DNA of 60,622 nucleotides, the filler included, from Sphacelaria rigidula (Eukaryota): assembly GCA_964200075.2 (NCBI GenBank). It is 6 parts of 6 records of this genome, joined end to end, with 100 filler letters (N's around TTAATTAATTAA, not from the genome) between each part and the next. Parts side by side here need not be neighbours in the genome. Positions count along the whole stretch, not along the records: positions 10,124 to 20,143 come from CAXNAA020007308.1; positions 20,244 to 30,263 come from CAXNAA020007309.1; 4 more parts are not named here. One strand, given 5' to 3'. Shown here in pieces: positions 11,895 through 23,362 of the stretch (position 1 is the stretch's first letter; the number at the start of each line of letters is the position of its first letter). The position numbers and the translations under genes are program-made. Below the pieces are notes generated by a model, which saw only the letters and a program-made list of their open reading frames with translations, was not told where the DNA came from and did not search any database.

Positions 11895-12138
11895 AGAAGG
11901 ACTGGTCGATCACTGCCGTTGAGGGACTCCTCAGTCTTACTGGCCTCAGTTTTAGTTGTCAGCCTTTACCAACATCTCATATTATCAGGAGTGACCTTCC
12001 AAGGCACCAGCTTTCTAGACACACAAGTGCCATATCCGTGTCGCCGGTCATTATCCAGAACCCTCCAGAATTCCCGTGCCCTCAGTCATTATCCATATCA
12101 TGACTACCAACCCAACGTAATGGCGTATTTTCGTCACA
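11895..12138 (-). repeat. 3' LTR
   Basis: gttgagggactcctcagtcttactggcctcagttttagttgtcagccttta...cgtaatggcgtattttcgtcaca matches 16270-16475. A purine-rich PPT-like gggggtgc immediately precedes it on the minus strand. The outer boundary is uncertain. Confidence 0.85.
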
Positions 12139-12274
12139 GCACCCCCGAAGCGCGTTGGACGAAAAAACCGATCAACAAGCTTGACACATAGAAAACGCCA
12201 AAACGGTGAGTAAGTCACAATTGAGTACCAAACTCACTCGTGATGCGAGCAGCAACGGCACGAGTCACGCGAAA

Positions 12275-12484
12275 TTAAGGCAACTCCTTCGTAAAAAATT
12301 CCGGAGCAGCCTCAAAAATATCTTCAAAAGGCTCCCACGTACGCTCCTCAACTTTGAAATCAACCCAGTCGACCAACATGATCAACGGACGATCGTCTGC
12401 TCCTGCCACTCGGGCAATACCAGCCATCTGGAATTGCCCCTGATTGAAAGCATGCTGGAAGACGTCCTTAACGTGAGCCGCCAC
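12275..12484 (-). pseudogene. Integrase C-terminal chromodomain
   Basis: LIMLVDWVDFKVEERTWEPFEDI resembles the chromodomain consensus YLVKWxGyxxxxxTWEP. Confidence 0.75.
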
Positions 12485-12556
12485 ATTAAGCTGCGAGTCT
12501 GCATAAAAACGAAAACGAGCTACATGGGCGATCTGAATACGACCCGGAACAATGTT

Positions 12557-13821
12557 CTAAATCTCAAACACGTGTGGGTGGTGAACACCAACCACTCTCC
12601 ATGGACCAGTCCACGTCGCCATCGACTTGGGCGTAACACTCGGGCGACGCACACGTGCACACAAGACATAGTCGCCTACCTCAACTATCGGCAATTCCAA
12701 CCCCGACGAGGACCCCTCACGTCTACGCGCACGTTCAGCGGCAACACGTTCCTGCAATTGAACGTCGAAACGCTCTTGCAAGTCCAAGGCTCCTTGCAAT
12801 GCACTCTTGATTTGAACATCGTCCAGGGCATCTCACTTCAGTTTCCCCGCCGACGAAGACGCCAGCACCGAGAAAGACGTCCGAGGGGCACGACCAAACA
12901 TCACGTAGTACGGCGTACTATCGTAACGACGACGATACGCTGTATTAAGCGCCCATTGCACCGCCGGCAACACGTCCACCCACTCGGAAACCGCTCTACG
13001 CTGCTCGAAAAAAATAGAGGGAAGAGCACAAACTACTTCCTTGACCATGCGTTCGCACGTGCCATTAGACCACGGAAAATACGCTACCGCAAACTGGTGA
13101 TCAACGCACAAAGCCTCTCGCAATCGGGCCAAGATCACATTCTTAAAATGCGTGGCGGTATCATTCACCCACACACGCGGCACCCCCAAAGGTTTGCACC
13201 AATTCAGCAAATATGCAGCAGTCGATTTAGCAGTACACACTGCTACTAGTTTCAGAGTCACGAAGTTGCTCAAATCATCCATGATTACCAAAATGTATCG
13301 AAACCCAGCATCCCCCGGCAAACCTTGGGAAGCTAGGGGGCCACTCTCGCCCACGTACAAGTAGTCAAAATGAACGACTTCATTCGGCGTGGTCCCATGG
13401 ACCGTTTCGCCGAGCGGGCGGGGAACAAACCGCCCGCCCTCGAGTCAGCACAGAGAAGACACTGGCGAACAAATTCGCGCACATTAGTTTCTATCCCCTG
13501 CCAGACACAAAACTCTTCCAAGCGCACGAGCGTCGCAGCCACACCACAATGCCCGGCATCGCGCATGTGCACGCAAATCATCAGACGTACCTGCAACTGC
13601 TTGTCAGATCTTGGAACCCACAAAACGTTTCGGCCACGCACATGCACACGAAACAGACCTTCATTGTCCAAGATAGCAGTACCAACGTCCGACTCGAAAG
13701 ATTGCACGTCCGCATCTTCGGCCCCAAGGTATTTTTGTTGCTTGCGACGGACGACAGATTTGGACGGCATCGAGTCATCAGGTTCACACGGACCATACAT
13801 AGCCACAGCGCGCACAGGCAT
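12557..13821 (-). pseudogene. Gypsy integrase (zinc-binding, DDE core, GPY/F region), frameshifted
   Basis: HMRDAGHCG...VREFVRQCLLC (HHCC); YILVIMDDLS, VWVNDTATHF, PWSNGTCERM (DDE); VGDYVL...WTGPWRV (GPY/F). Confidence 0.88.
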
Positions 13822-13827
13822 TTGAAT

Positions 13828-14700
13828 TTAAACAGTAGGCGCCTGGATGACGAAACTACCCCAATGGCACTCAAATGCATCCGAAATCATTGATACCTGA
13901 CAATCAGGACGAGGATGGAACAGCGTCACGGCTTGAGCCACCAGATCCTTCGCTGCAGCCCACGCCAACAGCCTGCCCTCCCTCCACGATGCAGCCTTCC
14001 TCGGAAACGCCATATCTGGACTGGACCACCCCGCCTGAAAATTCCGTGACACCGACCCGAGCGCCAAAAACGCCGCTATGCACAACGACAACCAACTCGA
14101 CTTCACTGGATCGTACCGCCGCGGCTTTGTCTTCGTCGCGGACACCCCAGGCTTGAGTTAAACGCGCTTGGGCTCCACGCGCGCAGGGGGATCACCCCGC
14201 AACACACGACGAAACACGTTGACGCGGCAATGCAATATGCCGCGCAGGCGCTCCGCTTTTGAGACGCTGAGGCCTGTCGCTCCAGCATCCACCACGCTCT
14301 CCTCCAGCGCGACCTTCCGAGCGGACTCCTCTTCCGCCGGAATCATTAACATATCCGGGCCGCGCTCTACCGAGCGTTCCACCGCCGCATCCCGCTCCTC
14401 GGTCATCTGCCCTCTAGCCTCCTGAAAAGCATCCACCGACAAGCTCACGCCACGACTACCCAAAACGGCGAGTGTCTCCAAGCGCGGACCAGGCGGAGAC
14501 ATCCGCGTCTTCATGGAGTCCCGCAACCGCCGAGCGTCGACTCCAAGATCCTGAAGCATCGACAACCCCAGAAGAACAACGCCATCCGACCCCGGCATGA
14601 TCGCAAACGAGATCGGAGGCAACTGTGCCGGCCCCCATGAAGTCGTGAAAGTCAGCCGCAGCGAAACAGTAGCGCGACACTTCGTCCGCCGACCGATGCG
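13828..14700 (-). pseudogene. Protease C-terminus, RT N-terminus and RNase H remnants
   Basis: VVLLGLSMLQDLG (end of protease), then PRRYDP...WSSP (RT start) joined almost directly to AWAAAKDLV...LFHP...ISDAFECHWG (RT connection/RNase H). No YxDD motif is present. Confidence 0.7.
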
Positions 14701-15012
14701 CCGCTAATCCCACTTGATGCCACGGTTGCGCAAGCTGCGCAGGCGAAGAATCCCCGGCAGGTTCAAACGGCACCGCCGGCGGGTATGACCCCCAGCCAGC
14801 AGACGAAGAATATGGCGAACCTCCTACCAGCGCATCAACAGGCGTCGCACATGTCGCTGCTGCTGGTGTCACCGCCGGCGCCACCACCGGCGCCGGTGCA
14901 GTGCTCGACACTGTAGAAGTCGGTCCCACCTGCACCGCTCGTTGCGGAGCGGCAGCACCTACAGCGGCGCTGGATCCAGAACCAGGCCGATGCTGACGCC
15001 GCTGCCCCTGCC

Positions 15013-15048
<36 letters not shown>
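15013..15048. repeat. (CTG)n/(CAG)n microsatellite (polyQ in the gag-pol frame)
   Basis: About 12 ctg units. Confidence 0.9.
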
Positions 15049-15049
<1 letters not shown>

Positions 15050-15149
15050 ATAAGGACTCGACTGCGACCCTCCATCGCCGGGGGATCCGCCGCCGTCACC
15101 ACCCCGATTACCTCGTCTTTTGCCCCTGTGCTGACGATGCTGATGGCGC

Positions 15150-15969
15150 GCTGCATGAGACTGCCCAGACTCTCTAGCGTAAGACGTTGGGCAATCACGC
15201 GCGTAATGGCCGACCTGGCCACGGCGGTGGCAAGTAGTACTCGCGACGCGACCGGCCGATTTCGAGCCATGGTTGCTGAAAGATTTCGGCGAGGAGGTGG
15301 ACGACTGGCCGAACACTCTATTTTCCGCCACTCCTTGGCCTCGGCCACGACGGTGTCCATCACCAGGTACGGGTCGGCCTTCCAGTCTGTTTGGTGCTAC
15401 AACTTTACAAGCACGGCTTGCTTGAATTTTTCCGTCGTTAACCCCTTCACCAAAGCCTTAGTGATTACTGCAGCATAGCCGGGAATGAAGTCACCAACGG
15501 GGGAGCGATATACTAGTTCCACGTTCGGGTTTTCCGTAAAATACTTCTCCAAACTTGACAGGATGAGCTTCACCCGCTCCAACATCGTCTTTCCCCGAGA
15601 ATCCATTGCGACAGCTTTCGCCACGGCCGCGGACGCTTGGGTTAGCTCCACCTCGGCGCCCGCCGCATGCCCAGCATGCTTTTTGATCGCCGCAACCAAT
15701 TGCGGCGGGGTGATTGTGCTCTCGTTCTCTTCCAGACGAGCAAACACTTTCTGTACATGAGTTGGCACTCGTTGGGCCATTGACACTACCTGATGCCACA
15801 CAGCACCCCCTGCATTAGCGTGCTTCACACGCTTCTTGTTCTTCAAATACTTGGTATAAAAAGTGCGAGATACACTCTCTGAGTACCTATCCCCGTACTG
15901 GGGAGGTCGCAACTCTTCCCGCATGACCACGGGTGTCACGATGGACGTACCACGTGAGCCGGTAGTCAT
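15150..15969 (-). pseudogene. gag remnant with degenerate CCHC zinc knuckle
   Basis: A 190-aa ORF (15397-15969) sits directly inside the 5' LTR. Downstream is TTCHRRGQVGHYARDCP (Cx2[C>R]x4Hx4C). Confidence 0.72.
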
Positions 15970-16269
15970 AGCTGTAGCTGTAACCGGCTATCTGCGAACC
16001 TTTGCAGGCCAGCGGACCTTCGCGAATTGCACTTTCCTTGCTTCGTCGCCGCACCACACAGTCGTAGGAGCCTACAAACTCCCGCTGCATGCAGCTTCAG
16101 CAAGTCTTCAGTCTGGATCAATCACAGGCCAGCCGCCTTTCTGCAGCTGCCTCCGCTGGAACGCTCTCTCCACGCGTCCGTGGTTTATCAGGTTCCCACA
16201 GCTACCAGACTCCTACCGAAATCCTTTCCAGCAGGTTTCTAGCACCAACACTAGCACAAATATCGATAT

Positions 16270-16475
16270 TGTGACGACTGGTGTATCTTTGCTGTTGAGG
16301 GACTCCCCAGTCTTACTGGCCTCAGTTTCAGTTGTCAGCCTTTACAACATCCTCATTATCATGGAGTGCCCTCGTGGGCACAACCTCCTAGACACGCCAG
16401 GGTATCAACCTAGTGTCCCCGATCATTATCCAGATCATCACTACCAACTCGACGTAACGGCGTCATTTCGTCACA
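16270..16475 (-). repeat. 5' LTR (206 bp)
   Basis: TG...CA termini with inverted ends tgtgacga / tcgtcaca. A possible PBS (tggtgctagaaacc on the minus strand) lies about 22 nt inside. Confidence 0.88.
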
Positions 16476-19044
16476 GAGCGTGTGTTTGGCGACACCCGAC
16501 TAGCAATTAGACAGCAATGAAGTACTGGAGATAAATATTTTTTGCGACGGGTGGGGGAGAACCCAATGACTCTCAACAGCGCAATGCCCACTCACTATGT
16601 GTACCCATTTGCTAAGTCGGCAAGCAGTCTTTCAGTCGTCAAAAAATTGAAGGCATATGGCTTCACTCTTGATGGTATGCCGATGTTGCAACTGTCTTCT
16701 GCAGTTTATGCAGAGGTGCAGAGAGTGACGAGTAAGTCACTTGACTTGAGAATGGAGATGTTGAACTTGGCGCTTATGTGGTCGAAGACTCTAACTCATG
16801 GAAAAGAAGAGTATGAGAAGAGAAATAGCAGAGGAGTGATCAGGTGGGCGAGCACCAAGTGTGCGAGCCTACCGATCAGCTAATGAACTTCCAGAACTTC
16901 CACACGTCTAGAATACTCGCGGGATATTACAACCGATAACTCCCGATTAATCCCCCGACAACTTGTTCTGGAAACATAATGTACCGCAGAATATACCGCA
17001 GACTATTTCTGGAGCACTCAAATGATTTCTTACTTGTTTACGATAACCTACGATAGATAGTAGTCGTTACCAATGACTGACATTGAATATTCCAACGAAA
17101 ATATCACGTGGGAAAACTACTTCTCAAGACGCACGTTTGGTTCGATGATTATGATGGACCCTCTTCTACCGGTTAAAGAGTTAGGGGCAAACAGCAAGGG
17201 ATGGATAGATGTAGCTATCAATAGAGATGATAGTCGGTTCTTCAACAGTAATATGCGGACGAATTGTGTTCTCTGCAGTGAGGATACCTGATACACGATC
17301 CTGGCAGGCTATTTCTCTGCAGTGCGCAGGTGCTACGGTAGCGGTGTCTAGATATTTTCTGAGGTTCGAAGTATTAGGGGGGCTTTAAGTATCTCACTCA
17401 AAACAAAACTAGCTTATGAAATATGTAAGAGCACGCCACAATGAGTATGATTCCAATGGGCGAGGGATGTATATCCTGAGTGGGTTTGAAAATAGAAAAT
17501 AAATTGCCCTGTGCCCAGGGCGCTTCCAAGTCCAATTTTTTTCGGTGTTTGTGACGTTGCGGTCTTGGATTGCGGCGGTGGAATCGGAGTGGTCTCGGCT
17601 GGGCCCTCGGTAGAAGTGGCTCTAAAATACAAGTCTGCCGCACACACCTGGGGTATGGTGATGTGTCGTTGCACGAAAGCGTAAAGTTGTATTGAAGCAT
17701 GAATCGTGTTCATGCTATGGCCGTCGCCCCACTACATTCGCAAGGGCCCGCAACGAGCCGGCGCTGAGACGTGGGTCGTTTCCCGGCAAATCCACGCTAG
17801 GTCGTCCCGCACTAGCCCCAGCCAACACCATGCCTGTTTTCAAGGATACATACAGGACTTGCTTCCCGGTATGCGATGGACTATGAGTTGCAAACTGCTG
17901 TTTCTTCGGCAGACAGGAGACAATGACGAGCGTCAAGCAGCTGCACGCTGGGCCGAGGGGCCCCATATCGGGAAATGGCGGTACGACCCCCCTCCAGGTC
18001 GCCCAAACCCCATTCTGGGGCCGTAGGAGGGGAAGGAGGGGGGACCCCCGGGTACCGCATTAGAGAAGGGGGGGTACCCCCATGATCAATGGATGATGGC
18101 GATAGTAAACAGTGGATCCTGGAAAATGGGGTTCATCTCAAAAACGAGCTTCAAGGGGCATTTCTTTTTTGCAGGGATGACGCGAAACACTTACACCGAG
18201 CGAAGCCATCTTTCCCCCCATATGTCCGCAGCAGTTAAGCAGCTGTGGCTAGGTGCACCGAACGAATGCGGTGTACACGCGTGTCGATGACGATATCACC
18301 AGAGAGAGAAGCAACGGTAGAGAGGAAGCTCGTCGCCCGTGTCCTTTGTGTGTCCTCGCTCGGCGATTACCAATCGCTCTAGAGACTGGCATCATGCATG
18401 TTACCAGCATGTCATTATATTACTGAACAGCCCCTCAAAGAACGTCGACGTGCGGAGAGATTTCGTCTCGTCTTGTCTTTGGAGCTCACCACCGATGCAA
18501 AGATCGATTTCTCTTTGCCTCTCTTTCTGGACAGGACGCGCCTCTGTGCGCTGCTGAACACGGTGATCTTCCCGTCACCGCTACTGTTGTCTGTCACACA
18601 CATGCTAGCAAGGACAGTGCTTCGGTAATAGCAAATAGATCCTATTTGAACTTGGGGGTGTTGTTCATTGTTGATTTTTCCCCACATCTGACCCTCTGGG
18701 TGCCCGACCAGAAGAGCGTGCCACACGCCAGTTGAGGGGGGTGTATGAGAGATTAAACACTTGTAGAGACCTCCTTGACATGCGGAGTGAAAAGAGATAC
18801 CCATGGTGGTGAACTAACTGTTGCTAGCTTGGCGCATAGGAGTCCGTCTATGCTGCAATCTGGAGCACACGCTGGCCGCGTGAACACCTCTGTACAGTAC
18901 GAGTAGCTTTCCAGAGTTGATTCCGATGTGAGGAGGTCATACATTACAAGCTGGGGTGTGAGTGCTCTACGATCAACCACTTGTCGTTGCATTTGAAACC
19001 CACGCTATCAACCGCCGGCAGCAAAGGTCTTGTGGCTTTCACCC

Positions 19045-19706
19045 AACGCTGTCGGTAGTACGGTAGGCAAACCCGATCATAGCTAGCTTTCGTTCCTTTA
19101 CCGTACTTACTCCCGTCTGCTCAGAGGAGGTCACCGTGAAATCATGCACCGATTTCTGCAACAGCTATGGAAGCTAAACAGTTTGATTGTTTTCAACTAC
19201 ATCCAAAGAGTGTAAACAACTCTCAAGACCTGAGGGGAGGTGGCTGCTTCGGGTCCGGTCAAACATGCCAAGATACCGTCGAACAGCAATACCAAACGTT
19301 TCTGGGGTTGGCATCAGGCAGCCCGTGGAGAACGGAACAGAAATCGACAGGTTACAGTTCGTACTAGAAAAAAATGTGCATAAAACGCTTTGCAGGTTGG
19401 AAAACACGGATTTTTATGGAGAAGAAACTCTCCGTGCCCTCATTAGTGTTGTATACGCTTGTAAAAACTCTGTCGTCGTTCATTAATACTTGGCGGGGGG
19501 ACAGGGAAGCCGCCCTCCCTCAGGTCTTGAGAGTCGTTTAAACTGTGTGGATGTAGTTGCGAAATTAAACTGTTTAGCTTTCATCGCTGTTGCAAAATTT
19601 GGTGCATGTTGTTACGGTGACCTCCTCTGAGCAGACGGGAGTAAGTGCGGTAGAGCAACGAAAGCTAGCTATGATCGGGTTTGCCTGCCGTACGACCGAC
19701 AGCGTT
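19045..19706. mobile_element. Non-autonomous element with ~190-bp TIRs (Mutator/foldback-like)
   Basis: aacgctgtcggtagtacggtaggcaaacccgatcatagctagctttcg...ctctcaagacctgaggg (19045-19236) is mirrored by ccctcaggtcttgagag...cgaaagctagctatgatcgggtttgcctgccgtacgaccgacagcgtt (19517-19706). Confidence 0.88.
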
Positions 19707-19740
19707 CACACGTGGATAAAGAGCACCCTGTGGGGCACGT

Positions 19741-19911
19741 CTACAGGGTTCAGGGAAATTGTGCAGTGTTTCTCGCGGGGATCTGGCTGTAGGTGTTTTT
19801 TTGCGCCCCACAGGACGCTTCACAGGGTTTCAGGGAAACTGTGCAGTATTTTTCGCGGGGATTTAACTGTAGGGTATTATTTTGTGCCACACAGGACGCT
19901 TTACAGGGTTT
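19741..19911. repeat. ~80-bp tandem repeat (2+ units)
   Basis: acagggtt(t)cagggaaa(t/c)tgtgcagt...tcgcgggg...cacaggacgctt recurs at about 19743, 19822 and 19903. Confidence 0.8.
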
Positions 19912-19949
19912 CGTCGCTCCGTGTAGTGTTCATTGCTGTTAATATGCTG

Positions 19950-20143
19950 TACAGCCTGAAGTTCTCCCGGGAGCTCTTTGACCGACCGAAAGCACCATGG
20001 GGACTCAAGGTCCGACTGCTGAAAGCGGAGGCGATGGAGGCCCTACTATACGGATGCATGACATGGTCCCCACGTCGCGAACACTACGACTTGCTTCGAA
20101 AGGTGCACTACCGACTCCTCCTGCGAGTCATCGGGTACCGACG
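19950..20143 (+). pseudogene. RTE-like non-LTR retrotransposon RT C-terminal fragment (cut by contig end)
   Basis: LKVRLLKAEAMEALLYGCMTW...LRKVHYRLLLRVIG matches the LLYGcEtW motif of the RTE-clade thumb region. Confidence 0.75.
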
Positions 20144-20243
20144 NNNNNNNNNNNNNNNNNNNNNNNNNNNNNNNNNNNNNNNNNNNNTTAATTAATTAAN
20201 NNNNNNNNNNNNNNNNNNNNNNNNNNNNNNNNNNNNNNNNNNN
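20144..20243. other. Artificial contig spacer
   Basis: N44-TTAATTAATTAA-N44. Confidence 0.98.
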
Positions 20244-20330
20244 AGCACGTCCCGTTCCTCCTTGTATAGTTCACATTTGCCACCATATGACTTCTGCTCT
20301 CTATTGCTTTGCCGCTTGCACAGGGGGGGG
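20244..20330 (-). mobile_element. Fragment of the C-tailed LINE family (CCHC region)
   Basis: Its reverse complement matches 49797-49871 (ggcaaagcaataggga gcagaagtcatataatggcagaatgtgaactatacaaggaggaacgggacg). Confidence 0.8.
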
Positions 20331-20845
20331 AGTGATTCCAGGGAAAAGAGGGGCAGAAAACGACGTCAAGTGGTGTGAATAACTGTGTCTCATTTATTGG
20401 AAACAAGCACGGTCGAACAAACGTTACTGCTTTTAACAAACAATTTTAGGAGGAATTTCGTGGAAAGAAGGATCCACAAAAAAAACACTGGGTGTTTCTT
20501 TCGGAGAGGTTGGTTCGTATCGATGGCTAGCTAGACCACAACATTCTCGCGGAGAATTTCGCAGGGGTTGTTCACCACCGCGCGACTAGTGGTCGTTCTT
20601 GGTCCATAACACGGGAACTTGCTTGGTATGGCGAATGTGACGCCGGTGCGTATCTTTTGAAGCCACACTACAACAATGATTAGCGCATGTAAACACCAAC
20701 CTCGAGCTTTTTGACAGCCGGTGATAATCAGTATACGCTGTGATTACGGCCACTTCAGTACTGATCAGGATTTTTTTTCTCGTTTCCGAAATAAAAACGC
20801 CCACATGCGACCCTGAAGATTTTTTTTAATACAAACCGATATATA

Positions 20846-21381
20846 CTTCCTCTGTCTCATAAGTAAAGGTACCTGAATTTGTACGGGCACTCAACGATGT
20901 CCGATCGTTTTTTTTTTCGATGAACTCTACGGTGTTTTTTGGGTCAAGAAAATGTGTTTGAAATTTGCAGCTCGTGCTTGAACCATGCCGCCGAACGGCT
21001 GCAAAAAAAGTAGTCGGCCCAAAGATGGCCGTTTTTTTGCCCCTTTCCGAGGGAAAAAAAACGTGCCGATTTTTTTTCTTGAATTTTTTTAATCGCCCCC
21101 GCCTTCACTGGGGCTTGTGGCTACTAGGACCTCCCACGCGATTAAAAAAAAAATCGGCACATTTTTTTTTCCCTCGGAAAGGGGCAAAAAAACGGCACTG
21201 TTTGAGCTGACTACTTTTTTTGCAGCCGTTCGGCGACATGGTTCAAGCACGAGCTGCAAATTTCAAACACACTTTCTTAACCCAAAAACCACCGTAGAGT
21301 TCATGAAAAAAGAAAAAAACGGTCGGACATCGTCAAGGGCCCGTACAAATTTAGGTACCTTTACTTATGGGACAGACAAAG
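20846..21381. mobile_element. 536-bp foldback, Stowaway/Tc1-mariner-like
   Basis: ~240-bp inverted arms around a short loop. Termini TA|cttcctctgtctcataa ... ttatgggacagacaaag|TA resemble the Stowaway CTCCCTCCGTCCCATAA consensus with a TA TSD. Confidence 0.88.
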
Positions 21382-21454
21382 TATATATATAGAGAGAGAT
21401 GAGGTGCTAGAAACATTTTTGTATTCCGAAGCCATACACTCTTCATCGAGATAC

Positions 21455-22450
21455 CTTGCTGCGCCCTTGTGCTGCAGGACCCTCTGCTCCACTGCCTGGA
21501 TGTTGGCTCCTCGGCATTCATCCACCTTTGCCCCACCACAGTAGAAGTGGAAGGTCGGCATGGACCGCACTCCCGCGGCCATCATGGCGTCGCGACTCGT
21601 GTGCTCATAAACCTGTGAACCCGATGTGATGTGTGATTGAAGTGCAGTCCCGGTCCGCTACTGAGAAACAAGACAACCAAGACACTGACTCAGGCTGAAA
21701 TTCGAACAAAAAAAAATCAATCGAAGAGCGGGGCTCAATTTGAGGTCCTGTAGCGAGCATCAATGCCCAATTTTGTACACAATGTGATGAACGGTGTTTG
21801 CTGTTCAAATTCCCCGAAAAAAATGGAGAGCTTTCGAGTCTCGACCCGAACAACAGCTTCTTCTGCGCGTCGTCAGACCGGCAGTTTGCAGCAGCGGGGT
21901 GTGGTGACGTCAACCGCGACGTATTCTATCATGGAGCGTTACTGCGCCATGAAAACAGTGCACCTCCTTGCCTTTTCATGACCAGTGTCTGGTGTACGGT
22001 AACACCGCGCAGTACACCGACATTGAATTGTACCGCATGCACCGCAATACCGCCGTTTTTTCTCTCGCATTCGTTTTTGGGAGAAAAACGCACACGATAA
22101 ATGGCACGTCTAGCAGTGAAATCCCTTACATATATCCTACACATACAACCCGGCGAAAAAATACAGACGAAAGGTCGTACAAATAAATGTCCAATCCCTG
22201 CTCGCATCAATAATCACCCTCGACCAGCAAAGCATCCCAACGCCGCCACCCGCATCATCACAAATCACATGGAAATGATCACCTTCACGAACTCAACGTC
22301 CGGCGTCCTCTTTGCCAGTGCCTCGAACGCGGGAGCAATCCGGCGGCACGGGCCGCACCAAGTCGCGGAAAACTGCACCACCACCAACTTGCCCTGGGTC
22401 CGACCCGCAAGCTGCAGGAATTCTGGCGTGCCCACTTCTCTCACCGACAT
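21455..22450 (-). CDS. Thioredoxin (domain) gene, two exons identified
   Basis: Exon 22450-22283 reads MSVREV...VVVQFSATWCGPCRRIAPAFEALAKRTPDVEFVK|gt. Exon ag|21612-21455 reads VYEHTSRDAMMAAGVRSMPTFHFYCGGAKVDECRGANIQAVEQRV, with the cis-Pro MPTF motif. The intron is phase 0. The 3' end either splices on at 21454 or reads through to the stop at 21361. Confidence 0.92.
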
Positions 22451-22597
22451 GATCGCGTGATGATGTTTCTTCCCCCCCCTGGCCTATTTATCTCGGCTGG
22501 GTATTTTCTTGTGACGCTCTTGTGTCGTTTTAGACACACTGGGCAATATAGCGTTGCAGCCTTCAGCGCCTATACCATGTTTGTGTATAGGGAAGTT

Positions 22598-22692
22598 GGG
22601 GGGGGGAAGGGGTGGGGGGGGGGGGGCGTACTCGTCTGTTGCTTGTCCTAGTCATTTGAGCACTGATCACGGATCCCTTTCGAGATGGAGCA
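22598..22692 (-). mobile_element. Short 3'-terminal module of the C-tailed LINE
   Basis: A G-run followed by cgtactcgtctgttgcttg...gatccctttcgagatggagca is the reverse complement of the LINE end at 40636-40710. Confidence 0.78.
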
Positions 22693-23298
22693 ATGGGAAA
22701 TTGGGGGAGAAAAATAAGAGATCAAGTCGGCGCAAAGTCGGCGAAGTCGGCGTTTGCTGGTTGTGTCAACATTCAACATTGGTAAAATCGAGTGTACACC
22801 TGTAGGTACTCAGTAGTTTTTTGCATGGTTGACACTTGTGCAGAAGTAGCGTGGACTTCGAAAATCCGATTGGTTACAGGGCATTACAACAACACCGCTA
22901 CAGCACACAGGGGCACCTGGAAGCCAGGGATTTCAGATGTAAAGTAACGAGCTGCATCGGAGGCCATCCGCCCTAATGGAAAGCACCTCAGTGTACCTAC
23001 CGACGACGACATATATATGAAGGGGGGGGATTGACTGCGCACGCACGTGTGAGTGATTTTATTCGCTACTTGGCACTATGGTATCAATGTATACTTAATG
23101 CTTCGCGATGATCGCTTGTGATGGTGGCTGCAGCATTCGGCTTCGAATCGTATACCCTCGTTAAACGCTTTGTAGAGTCTTTTTGCCCGTAGGACCATGT
23201 GAAAAACTGTTACATTTTTATATGCTTGCCTTTTCTGTCATATATACGACACCATTTATATATATTTATATATAAGTGTGACGGCATGGAACTGTCAC

Positions 23299-23362
23299 TT
23301 GATTGATTCATTGATTCATTGATTCATTGATTGTCGCACTTTAACTGACCCCCTGGGGGTCC
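23299..23362 (-). mobile_element. 3' end of (AATC/AATG)n-tailed retroposon
   Basis: Its reverse complement ggacccccagggggtcagttaaagtgcgacaatcaatgaatcaatgaatc matches 49031-49086. Confidence 0.75.

Larger units (their letters stand above)
11895..16475 (-). mobile_element. Decayed Ty3/gypsy LTR retrotransposon (chromodomain-bearing) with RT core deleted
   Basis: Two related LTRs (~11895-12138 and 16270-16475) enclose gag, zinc knuckle, protease region, RT N-terminus, RNase H, integrase and chromodomain in gypsy order on the minus strand, with many frameshifts and stops. Confidence 0.92.

Noticed and set aside
12206-13249. 347-aa plus-strand ORF (also 13370-13825, 14942-15478, 15863-16510)
   Set aside because: These are antisense shadows of the gypsy gag-pol region.
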